The notes: generated from the sequence alone by a model not told the origin. A stretch of 64,000 bases of DNA from the human T2T-CHM13v2.0 reference genome, Homo sapiens (GCF_009914755.1 NC_060940.1); one strand, 5' to 3'; shown: positions 13,338 to 27,975, numbered from the stretch's first letter. Translations and numbers: made by a program.

Positions 13338-14850
13338 TTAATACTAACAATCTTTATACTTACTGTTAACTTATAACAATAGTTGTAAGTATACATGAAA
13401 GTATATAATTTATATACTTATATATACTTAATGTAAGTATATATACTTATTTTAAAGTATACATTAAAGTATATTAATAAGTATATTTTAATAACTATGC
13501 ATTAAAGTTATTGAATAAGTATACATTGAAATATATTAATATATTATAACTTTAACACTTTAAAATTATAATATAAATATATACTTATGACTAATATTTT
13601 TAAAACTTTTAATATATGAAATTAATATATAGTTTATAACTTTAAAATATTAAAGTTATAAATTAATACTAACAATTTTTATACTTATATTAATGAGTTT
13701 AATATGTTTATACTGTAATATATATTTAACTGTGTATGGTAACATATGAATAAGTTAATATATTAAATTTAATATATAATACATTATAATATAAATTTAT
13801 AACAATATATCATAATACATAATTCATATTATATATTTAATATATAATACCATAATAACTTATATTAAAAAGCTAATTTAATATATTACATTAATACTAA
13901 TAATCTTTATACTTATTGTTAACTTACATTAAATTAATTAATATATTAAATTAACTTATTAATCTGGTTAACTATTATATATAGTTAACCATATTAAAAT
14001 ATATAAATATATAAATAATACATGATATATTATATATATAATTTGCATTTTATTATTATATTATATATTATATATTTAATATATAATATTTATATATTAT
14101 ATATTTAATAAACAATATTTATATATTATATATTCAATAAACAATATTTATATATTATATATTTAATAAACAATATATATTATATATATAATATACAATA
14201 TTTATATATTATATATATTTAATATACAATATTTATATATTATATATATTTAATATACAATATTTATATATTATATATATTTAATATACAATATTTATAT
14301 ATTATATATATTTAATATACAATATTTATATATTATATATATTTAATATACAATATTTATATATTATATATTTAATATACAATATTTATATATTATATAT
14401 TTAATATATAATATTTATATATTATATAATTGATTGTATCATACATAATTATTATATCAATATATTCATAATATTAATATATGAATACTATTAATATATG
14501 AATATATTGCTATTCTTATATTAATATATAAGAATTATTATATTATATTGTATTATATATACTATATTATAGATTTAATAAATATCATTTGTATATTATG
14601 TAATTGATTTTATTATGTTATATAATAATGTAATGCAAATTATATATAATATATTATATAATATATAATATATATTATTCATATATTTATATATTTTAAT
14701 ATGTTTAACTATATATAATAGTTAGCATATTAATAAGTTAATTTACTATATTAATTAATTTAATATAAGTTAACAGTAAGTATAAAGATTGTTAATATTA
14801 ACGTAATATATTAAATTAGCTTTTTAATATGTTATTATTAAATTAATTAA
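13338..14850. repeat. ~1.5 kb extremely AT-rich tract with long inverted arms
   Basis: Almost only A/T; ~13852-14060 is the approximate reverse complement of ~14620-14838. Confidence 0.9.
14076..14428. repeat. AT-rich minisatellite, unit ~26-31 bp (ttaatatacaatatttatatattatatatat), about 12 copies
   Basis: Tandem units read directly; four consecutive 31-bp copies from 14219 are identical. Confidence 0.92.
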
Positions 14851-14852
14851 CC

Positions 14853-15371
14853 CGCAGGTCTGGTGATGCCTGCGGAGGACTCGCAGTACTCAGGATATAG
14901 TCAGATTCATGTGTAAGTTACATTCCAGTGACAAGATACAAAGCGAAATCAGCAAAGGGCACAGGTGCATAGGTGAAGCCTGGAGGAAGCCAGGCACAGG
15001 TTTCCCAGAGGCATCACACAGGCCATGCTTAATTACCGCAGCAATGAGTTGTGAAAACATGTGGAATGTTGCCAACCAGAGATGCTCACTGGAGACTCCA
15101 TGCCCTGGGTTTTTTGTTGGGGGCTGATCATGTAGGCACCTTCTGCTAATAACATACCAAAATTCCAGACTCCCATGAGGAATGCAAGTGCAGTATACAT
15201 GATATTGTTTGCACAAACAGTTTAGTTAGAGTAGCCCCCTTAATCACTTAGGGAATAGTGGGAACCCTCCTGAAATCCAGGTTCCCAGAAACTAGCTAAG
15301 GGCCAACCTTGCAAGCAAGCCTTTCTAAGGATTGCAGTGTCAGGCCTGCTATGTTAACTCTTTTCTGCATA
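14853..15371 (-). mobile_element. ERVL LTR, MER21/MER68/MER77 group
   Basis: Ends caggcctgctatgttaactcttttctgca, the reverse complement of the 5' end of this LTR group; similar to 6520-7075. Confidence 0.8.
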
Positions 15372-15399
15372 GAGTGCAGTAAAGGTTAATAATTTCTAA

Positions 15400-15560
15400 A
15401 TAGTATTGTATATAATTAATGCAAAACCCTTAAAGAGAGGATAGTATTATTTTTCACAATTTAGAGGTGAAAAAAATGGAGACTCAGAGAGTTTAAGAAT
15501 CTCATCCAAGACCATCACTGGTAGACTAGAACCCAGACTTGCTGGACTGTAACCACTGTC
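15400..15560 (-). mobile_element. MIR fragment
   Basis: tttagaggtgaaaaaaatggagactcagagagtttaag. Confidence 0.6.
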
Positions 15561-15639
15561 CATGACAGCCTGCGCATGATAGGGTGGAGGATGACCGAGA
15601 GAGAAGGAATTGTTCACAACGGCTCTAACAGCACATGGG

Positions 15640-15960
15640 CTGGGTTATACTGTGGCAATCCCCATCATCTCCGTGATTTAAAACAACTAACTGTATTTCC
15701 CACATAAGCTCCACATCTGTTGCAGGTCAGCTGGAGTGTTCTGCATGTTGTCCTTGCTCTGTGACCTAGCTACTGCCAGTCATCGGGGCAGGAAGAAAGT
15801 GCAAGTCACACATGGTGCATTGGCTCTTAAGGGTTCTGTCCTGAAGTGTGATGTGTATCGCTCCATGGGCCAACACAGGTCACATGACCTCACCTAGCTT
15901 GTGGGGATGCAGGAGGAGTGCAGTCCTACTGGGAATATTCATGAAGAGCACAAACAACTG
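15640..15960 (-). mobile_element. Old MLT1 (J/K-like) LTR remnant
   Basis: gtgatttaaaacaactaactgtattt...ggtcacatgacctcacctagc; highly diverged. Confidence 0.45.
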
Positions 15961-16989
15961 CACAGCAGCCAGACAGGGTTGGCTTGTGGTTATTGCATCT
16001 TCCCTCTGGATCCTCCAAGGAGCCCGCTATGTCCTTTTCTGATACAGGTACCATGAGGATCTTGGCTCCATTGGTCCTACAGCTTGTCACTGGAGCCTAG
16101 GGGCAGTGTCATGTGTCTGTTCTCTTTGCCTCACACTTGACCCCACACTAGAATTTACAAAGATTAATATCTTTGGGGCCCCTCCTTTACTAAGTCCCTG
16201 CCTTGCCTGTTCTGCCTACAATCCAAAGTCACATGAAAACTGGAGCTGGAGAAAAACCTCCTGGCTCCATCAGGCTTTTTGAATGCCTGGCAAATATTGC
16301 CTAGACATCTGAAATGATGCGTTCTTTAAAAAAGAATTCCAGGGGTATATTTATTAGCAAGCATGGATTTAGACAGATTTTTCATGTTCCTCTTTCTTGG
16401 CAGGGCGTGCAAGGATCTCCTGCCAGTTTCTGACAGCCTCGTCGCTAGGTGTTAAGTGAAAAACATCATCAGCCTGGTCTATTGATAGGTTCAAGTGACA
16501 GTGTATGTTGCCAATCTCAGCCAAGAATCACTTCTGACAATTCTCCTCTCCACCACCGTGCTTGGGCGGGAACATCGCTTCTCCCCCTTTCCTTGGGAGT
16601 TTAAGACGCTGTAACCATATTAAGGCTGCATATGTCTGTGTGGCTGCAAGCAGTGGGTTTGTGGAGGAATTAAGCAGTGCATATGGCTTCCGGCAGGCTG
16701 CCTGTATCACGGCAGCCTCGCCCAGCCCCGTGCCAAGTGAGGCTGTCGAAGCCGCTGTGCCTGGTCCTCCTGAGGAGAGGGGCTTCGGCCAAACTTGTTG
16801 ATTAGTGCTCGCTGAGGCTGCCAAAATGGTCTGCCTTCTTGGCAAGGCTGGTGCTCTTACAGAGGCCACCTGACTGACAGACCTCACCCTGCCCTCTCCC
16901 CCCACCGTGGGAGAGCAGTCACTGCTTGTCCTTCAGTTTGCAGCCTGCAGGTCAAGCAAGTTCCTCCTCCCCTCCCCACTGGCACACAC

Positions 16990-17605
16990 AGGCCAAGTCT
17001 AGTCCCTCCTGCTCCCTCCAATCTTTTCTTCATCAGGGAGTCAGAATCTTCTCAGAATGCAAAGCTGATTGTGGCCAAGAAATGGTAATAAAAATAAAAA
17101 TTAAAAAAAATCTCCACTTGATTCCCATTGATGTTAAAATAAAAAAACAAAATTTTGAGCACAGCCTGTGTGGTATTTCCTGGCCCGCACCCTCCTCCCT
17201 GCCTCATCCCTGATCAGGCTTCGTCTCCGTGTTCAAGCCGCACCTGCCTTCTTCAGGCTCCACCAATGGCCATGTCCTTCTCCTTCATGGGACTTTGCAC
17301 ATGCCCTTCCCTATGTCCCCAGTCTCTTCTTCCTAGTTCATTGGCTCCCAACCTTGGCAACACATGATAATCTACTAGAGTGCAGGGGAAGGGATCCTGA
17401 AAATATAAAGGCTTGGTCCTACCACAACAGATTTTAATTTATTTGGTCTGCTGAGAGGCCTGGGAATCAGCATTTTAAGAGCTATGCAGGTGATTCCAAT
17501 TTACCTCCAGAGGTGGGAACCCCTGATCTTGTTAATTCCTATACATTCTTTGGATCTCAGCTCAGTAGTCCCTTCCTGAAGGAAGTCTTCCCTGATAACC
17601 CCTAA
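16990..17605 (+). mobile_element. L2 fragment interrupted by a MER5-like hAT element (~17370-17525)
   Basis: L2-like gactttgcacatgcccttcc and gatctcagctcagtagtcccttcctgaaggaagtcttccctga; MER5-like gcctgggaatcagcattttaagagctatgcaggtgattc. Confidence 0.65.
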
Positions 17606-17658
17606 AAGGTCAGAATATTCCAACTTAATACCACTGAAGAATCAGCCTGCCTTCCCTC

Positions 17659-17700
17659 ACAGGTTGGCACAAAAGTAATCGTAGTTTTTGCCATTACTTT
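17659..17700. mobile_element. MADE1 (Hsmar1-derived MITE), left half
   Basis: aggttggcacaaaagtaatcgtagtttttgccattacttt matches the MADE1 left TIR. Confidence 0.9.
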
Positions 17701-17906
17701 ATTATTATTATTATACTTTAAGTTCTGGGATACATGTGCAGAACGTGCAGGTTTGTTACATAGGTACACACGTGCCACGGTGGTTTGCTGCACTCATCGA
17801 CCTGTCATCTACATTAGGTATTTCTTCTAATGCTATCCCTCCCCTAGCCCCCCACCCCCTGACAGGCCCTGGCGTGTGATGTTCCCCTCCCTGTTTCCAT
17901 GTGTTC

Positions 17907-21726
<3,820 letters not shown>

Positions 21727-21789
21727 TATGATGCTAGCTGGTTATTTTGCCCGTTAGTTGATGCAGTTTCTTTATAGTGTCGATGGTGT

Positions 21790-22821
21790 TTACAATTTGT
21801 TATGTTTTTGCAGTGGCTGGTACCAGTTTTTCCTTTCCATATTTAGTGCTTCCTGCAGGAGCTCTTGTAAGGCAGGCCTGATGGTGACAAAATCTCTCAG
21901 TATTTGCTTGTCTGTAATGGATTTTATTTCTCATTTGCTTATGAAGCTTAATTTGGCTGGCTATGAAATTCTGGGTTGAAAATCATTTTCTTTAAGAGTG
22001 TTGAATATTGGCCCACACTCTCTTCTGGCTTGGAGGGTTTCTGCTGAGAGATCTGCTGTTAGTCTGATGGGCTTCCTTTTGTGGGTAACCCGACCTTTCT
22101 TTCTGGATGCCCTTAACATTTTTTCCGTCATTTCAACGTTGGTGAATCTGACAATTATGTGTCTTGGGGTTGCTGTTCTCAAGGAGTATCTTTTTGGTGT
22201 TCTCTGTATTTCCTAAATTTGAATGTTGGTCTGTCTTTCTAGGTTGGGGAAGTTCTTTTGGTTAATATCCTGAAGAGTGTTTTCCAACTTGGTTCCATTC
22301 TCCCTGTCACTTTCAGGTACACCAATCAAATGAAGGTTTGGTCTTTTCACATAGTCCCATATTTCTTGGAGGCTTTGTTCATTCCTTTTTGTTCATTTTT
22401 CTCTAATCTTGTCTTCATGCTTTATTTCATTAAGTTGATCTTTGATCTCTGATATCCTTTCTTCTGCTTGATCAATTCAGCTATTGATACTTCCGTGTGC
22501 TTCACCAAGTTCTCGTGCTGTGTTTTTCAGCTCCATCAGGTCATTTGTGTTTTTCTCTAAACTGGTTATTCTAGTTAGCAATTCCTCTAACCTTTTTTCA
22601 AGGTTCTTAGCTTCCTTTCATTGTGTCAGAACATGCTCCTTTAGCTTGGAGGAGTTTGTTATTTCCCACCTTCTGAGGCCAACTTCTGTCAGTTTGTCAA
22701 ACTCATTCTCCATCCGGTTTTGCTTCCTTGCTGGTGAGGAGTTGTGATCCTTTGGAGGAGAAGAGGCATTCTGGTTTTTGGAATTTGCAAGCTTTTTGCG
22801 CTGGTTTTTCCTTGCCTTCAT
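21790..22821 (-). pseudogene. L1 ORF1p, disrupted
   Basis: Fragments RKNQRKKLANSKNQNASSPPKDHNSSPA (22618-22821) and TPRHIIVRFTNVEMTEKMLRAS...IRLTADLSAETLQARR (21961-22182). Confidence 0.92.
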
Positions 22822-23520
22822 GGATTTATCTACCTTTGGTCTTTGATGTTGGTGACCTTGGATGGAGTTTTTGTGTGGACGTCCTTTTTGTTGATATTGA
22901 TGCTATTCCTTTCTGTTTGTTATTTTCCTTCTAACAGGCCCCTCTGCTGCATGTCTGCTGGAGTTTGCTGGAGGTGCACCCCAGACCCTGTTTGCCTGAG
23001 TACTACCAGTGGAGGCTGCAGAATAGCAAAGATTGCTCCTGCCTGTTCCTTCCTCTGGAAGCTTTGTCCCAGAGGGGCACCCACCAGATGCCAGCTGGAG
23101 CTCTCCTGTATGAGGTATCTGTTGATCCCTCCTGGGAGCTGTCTCTCAGTCAGGAGGCACAGGGGTCAGGGACCCACTTCAGGAGGCAGTCTGTCCCTTA
23201 GCAGAGCTCAAGCACTGTGCTGGGAGATCTGCTGCTCTCTTCAGAGTCAGCAGGCAGGAATGTTTAAGTCTGCTGAAGCTGTGCCCACCATCAGCCCTTC
23301 TCTCAGGTTCTGTGTCCCAGGGAGTTGGGAGTTTTATCTGTAAGCCCCTGACTGAGGCTGCTGCCTTTCTTTCAGAGATGGCCTGCTCAGAGAGGAGGAA
23401 TCTAGAGAGGCAGTCCAGCTACAGAGGCTTTGCCAAGCTGTGGTGGGTCCCACCCAGTTCAAACTTCCCAGCGGCTTTGTTTACATTGTGAGGGGAAAAC
23501 TGCCTACTCAAGCCTCGGTA

Positions 23521-23940
23521 ATGGTGGATGCCCCTCTCCCCACCAAGCTCGAGCGTCCCAGGTCGACTTCAGACTGCTGTGCTGGCAGCGAGAATTTTAA
23601 GCCAGTGGATCTTAGCTTGCTGGGCTCCGTGGAGCTGGGATCCACTGAGCTAGACCACTTGGATCCCTGGCTTCAACCCCCTTTCCAGGAGAGTGAACAG
23701 TTCTGTCTCACTGGTGTTCCACGTGCCACTGGGAGATATATATATATATATCTCCTGCACCTAGCTCGGTGTGTGCCCAAATGGCTGCCCAGTTTTGTGC
23801 TTGAAACCCAGGGACCTGGTAGTGTAGGCATCCAAGAGAATCTCCTGGTCTGCTGGTTGCAAAGACCATGGGAAAAGCGTAGTATGCGGGTCCAAATGCA
23901 CTGTTCCTCACAGCAGTCCCTCACAGCTTCCCTTGAGTAG
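23521..23940 (+). CDS. Putative L1 ORF0 homologue (antisense 5'UTR ORF), 139 aa; translation not shown
   Basis: ATG at 23521 in gtaATGg context; N-terminus MVDAPLPTKLERPRSTSDCCAG and distal LVCWLQRPWEKRSMRV resemble the L1HS ORF0 sequence as I recall it (MAGAPPPASLPPCSLISDCCAS...LVVRRFLSRSEKRNIRV); no stop until 23938-23940. Confidence 0.45.
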   Translation: MVDAPLPTKLERPRSTSDCCAGSENFKPVDLSLLGSVELGSTELDHLDPWLQPPFQESEQFCLTGVPRATGRYIYIYLLHLARCVPKWLPSFVLETQGPGSVGIQENLLVCWLQRPWEKRSMRVQMHCSSQQSLTASLE

Positions 23941-24144
23941 GGGAGGGAGTTCCCTGATCCCTTGCATTTCCTGGGTGAGGTGACACCCCACCCTGCTTTG
24001 GCTCACTATCTGTAGGCTGCATCCACTGTCTAACCAGTCCCAATGAGATGAACTGGGTACCTCAGTTGGAAATGCAGAAATCACCTGCTTCCTGCATTGA
24101 TCTCACTGGAAGCTGCAGACCTGAGCTCTTCCTATTCGGCCTGC

Positions 24145-24196
24145 TTTGCCATTACTTTTAATGGCAAAAAAAGTGATTACTTTTGCACCAATCTAA
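24145..24196. mobile_element. MADE1, right half (includes the duplicated target site)
   Basis: tttgccattacttttaatggcaaaaaaagtgattacttttgcaccaatctaa matches the MADE1 centre and right TIR. Confidence 0.92.
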
Positions 24197-24889
24197 GAGC
24201 GCAATACTTAAGAGCCTGAGTTTTACCCTTAATTTTGTAAGAACTGGATTAATATCTCTCTTCCTGGTTGGACTTTAAGCTTCATGAGGGCCATGGTTAT
24301 ATATAATTTTACTTAACATTTTAATGCCAATGGTGACAAGCACCCAATAGGAGGTCAGAAAATAATAAAATAAATGAGTCAATTCTAGAGACCTCCCAAG
24401 TTCTTCAGGTAGCCCATCTAATCCCATTTAGATGTTGGGACTATTAAATAGGTTTTAATACTGCTTTTTGGCCAAGCAATTCTCATGAATAACCAGTGAA
24501 GAAGAAGAAGGAAGCCAAGGGTGTCTCCTTCTTCAGTCAGTCCTGAGAATCTGAAACCAGTATCTTCAGTGTCCAAGAGCAGTCTTGGGTGGGGTGGATT
24601 AGAGTGTGTGAAGTTGTATGGAGTAGAAGTAGGTGGGCCTGTATGAGTGGTGGTCATATCCTATAGGGCAGGTGTGGAGATGAAGCAGGTGCATGTGGAA
24701 GAACTGTTCTAAGTATAAAGATACAGCTTTCCACGAACAAATAGCCAGTGAATTGGGTGTCCAGTAAACTCAATATTCTGACCCAGAACAGTATGTTCCC
24801 ACTATCTCTGGAAAGGAAACTGTTTTTCAAACTGGAAAGATTAGTAAAATTGTGACTTAGGAGGCATCAGCCCTTGAAAACAGGCAAGG

Positions 24890-25543
24890 CTGAAAATATT
24901 AAATGGAAAATTTCAGAAATAAACGATTCATAAGTTTTAAATTGCATGTGTTCTGAGTAGCATGGTGAAATCTCAAGCCATCCTGCTTAATCCTGATCAT
25001 GATGTGAATCATCCCTTTGTATAGTGTATCTGTGCTGTATGCACTATCCACTTATTAGCCATTGACTGACTACTTCGGATATCCCACCCTCCACATTGTC
25101 ATGGCTCTGTGATCCAGGATCACCCAAAGCAGGTGACCCTCCTTCTGGCATATTGTTAGAAGGTGAACAGTAGCCTAATGCTAAGTCACAATGCCTATCC
25201 CATCCATTTCACTTCATCTTATCACATCACATAGGAACTGTGTCATCTTGCATTATCACAAGAAGAAAGATGAGTACAGTACATAAGATATTTTGGGAGA
25301 GAGAAAAAGAGAAACTACATTCACATAACTTTTATTAGAGTATATTGTTAAAAGTTTTCTATTTTATTATTAGTTCTTATTGTTAATCTCTTTCTGTGAC
25401 TAATTTATAAATTAAACTTTATCATATATCTATATTATATATGTGAAAAAACATAGTGTATATAGTGCTCAGTACTATCCATGGTTTCAGGCATCCACTG
25501 GGGGTTTTGAAATGTATCCCCCACAGACAAATGGGAACTACTG
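24890..25543 (+). mobile_element. MER44/Tigger7-type DNA transposon remnant
   Basis: tgaaaatattaaatggaaaatttcagaaataaacgattcataagttttaaattg...ggtttcaggcatccactggggg...gaactactg; left TIR missing. Confidence 0.82.
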
Positions 25544-25892
25544 TGTTATCTTCTCTCTCTTCTTTGTTCTCTACAGATTTTTCCTGGACATTGCTTGTGC
25601 CTTCTCAGTATGTGTGACTGATTCTTAAATCCTTATTTCCTACTTTCATCTTTCTCCATAGCTACAGAACCACCCTTTCATCTGGAAATTCTGTTTATTT
25701 CAAATGTATTAGCCAAAGTGGAACTCACTGTGTCTTCTCTGCCTCAGCCCAAATCATAGTCTTTTGTATTATTTGGGGATTGTGAAAAGAATAATTTAAT
25801 TGGCAGCCAGGCTTCAGGGTCTCCATTGCTTGCCTTTGGGTTGCAGTTTCTTTTAGTCTTTTTTTTCCAAGTAGACTAGGAAAAGATTAAAC

Positions 25893-26190
25893 ATCACCAC
25901 CTCATTATCACTCCATCTCCATTGTCAGTACCAGTACCACCGCCACCTCCGCTACCACAGCATTCAGCACCATCTCCACCACTGCCACCTTCAGCGCCAT
26001 CTCCAACACTGCCACCTTCAACACCATCACCACTACCACCAACACCACCTCCACCACCATGACCTTCAACACCATCTTCACCACCACCACCTCCACCACC
26101 ACTACCACCACATCCACCAAAACCGCATTTAACACCGTCACCACTACCACCACCACCACCATTACCAACACCAACAACAATAACAAAACA
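25893..26190. repeat. Degenerate (CAC/ACC)n trinucleotide tract with a 27-bp higher-order unit
   Basis: Unit ttcagcaccatctccaccactgccacc repeated about 3 times from 25963 within ~300 bp of CAC-like triplets. Confidence 0.9.
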
Positions 26191-26199
26191 ACTTTTGAA

Positions 26200-26440
26200 G
26201 TGCCCAGAGTAGAAAAACACATAGATAACACACAGATTATAACTCTGAGCCATATGTGGCAACGAATTTATTCTCTCATTGAATCCTCACAACCTAATTA
26301 GGTAGGCACTACCCTTATCACTATTTTACAAATGACAAAGCCAAGTCCCAGAGAAGGTAAGTCCCCTGTGCAAGGGCATACAGTTAGCAAACTGAAAGCC
26401 AGGATACTGTTCACCTGCAGAGCCCATGCTCTGAACCATA
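26200..26440 (-). mobile_element. MIR SINE
   Basis: ctcattgaatcctcacaacc...ctattttacaaatgacaaagccaagtcccagagaaggtaagt. Confidence 0.75.
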
Positions 26441-26904
26441 CCTTCCCATGAAGGACCTCATAGATGAAATTTACCCACGCTCCTCAAAGGGTTTATGCTT
26501 CTAGGTTTGTGGTACTAAATATGTTGTGTCACCACTGATTGTGTAGTTCATTGTTACCATGGTTAGACTTAGTTTTTGAAGGGTGGTGGTTCTCCTCTTA
26601 TTTATCTTCCCTCTCTGGTGCTAAGCCCTGGGCTTAGTACACAGTAGACTCTAAGTCAGTATCTTAATTTAAAGTGAATGCTAGCAAGACTATGCCTTTA
26701 TTGTTACGTGGTGTGGATTTTATGAGGTTTCCTCAATGTACAATCTGTGTGATATTTGTGGCAGAATTGCTGGAGGGAATTTAAATATTATTTTAAACAT
26801 GTTTTAAGGTCTCACGCAGACCACCTGAATCAGAGTCTGGGTGTGTAACAAAGTCATCTTCATTTAAAGCAGCTTCCCACGTAATTTTTAGGTTCTTTAG
26901 TTGG

Positions 26905-27290
26905 TGATGTGGTTTGGCTCTGTGTCCCCACCCAAATCTCATCCTGAATTGTAATCCCCACATGTCAGAGGAGGTGCCTGGTGGGACATGATTGAATCAC
27001 AGGGGCGGCTTCCCCCTTGCTGTCTAATGATAGTGGGTGAGTTTTCACAAAATCTGGTTGTTTAAAAGTGTGTGGCACTTCCCCCTTTGCTCTCTCTCTC
27101 TCCTCTGCTCCACTGTGGTAAGACGTGCTTGCTTCCCTTCCCCCTTCCACCATGATTGTAAGTTTCCTGAGGCCTCCCAGTCATGCTTCCTGTTAAGCCC
27201 GCAGAACTGCAAGTCAATTAAACTTCTTTTCTTCATAAATTACCTAGTCTCAGGTAGTTCTTTATAGTAGTGTGAGAACAGACTAATACA
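26905..27290 (+). mobile_element. MSTA/THE1D-like MaLR solo LTR
   Basis: tgatgtggtttggctctgtgtccccacccaaatctc...cagactaataca; TSD gttgg/gctgg; appears to sit in a MER5-like remnant. Confidence 0.92.
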
Positions 27291-27749
27291 GCTGGAGACC
27301 CACTATGGCCTCTTTCAGGGCTGAGACTCTGTGATGATGATTTCTTATTTTGTCCACACAGAACAGTAAAAGATGCCATGGAAAAAGTAGTTCTGGGAAT
27401 ACATTTCTACCAGCATTTGATCTCCGGGATTGTATAAAACTGTATTGTTTTTATTGTAAGTTTCCTCAAATCCTTTGTGGAATGAGCCAAGATATATAAA
27501 TCAATATGAATTAATAAAATTAAGCTCTACTGTTTCCCTAAGTAATCAGACAATATAAGCCTCAATAACACAGCTGCCCTCATGGCTACTAAAACTCTAA
27601 CCCTGCATTGACCAGAAGGCATTTCCAGCAGAGGCAAGAAAGAGGCCTAACAAGGCAGGGCTGAGAGTGTTCTTAAGTATCAAGGGGTCAAACCATGGAA
27701 AGTTAATTACTTCCCCACTTTGTGTTCTCTTCCTGGAATGTTCAGATGT

Positions 27750-27975
27750 GAGTTTGGCATCATGGACAAAGCCCTCACTTGGAAATCAGCAGACCTGAGC
27801 TTGCATTCTGCCACCTCTGCTTGGGCAATTTAGATAGCTTTTCATAGCTTATCTCCGATCAGGGAAATGATTGAAGAAGACCTATTTGGGGTTTGTGAGG
27901 ATTAGGAGCAATGTATACATAAGGCCTTGTCCCCATGGTTGGCATGTAGTTGGTACTGTTTGATGAATATTGCTT
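27750..27975 (+). mobile_element. MIR SINE
   Basis: ggaaatcagcagacctgagcttgcattctgccac...gtttgtgaggattagg. Confidence 0.65.

Noticed and set aside
14076-14428. Regularly spaced repeats as a CRISPR-like array
   Set aside because: Units are head-to-tail with no unique spacers, there are no cas genes, and the context is eukaryotic
22744-23343. 199-aa + strand ORF
   Set aside because: GTG start, antisense to the L1 ORF1/5'UTR; a common repeat-derived frame with no independent support
25894-26301. Gly-rich, Val-rich and Thr-rich ORFs as keratin-, mucin- or membrane-protein-like genes
   Set aside because: All come from the same triplet repeat, which lacks stops by composition; no exon context
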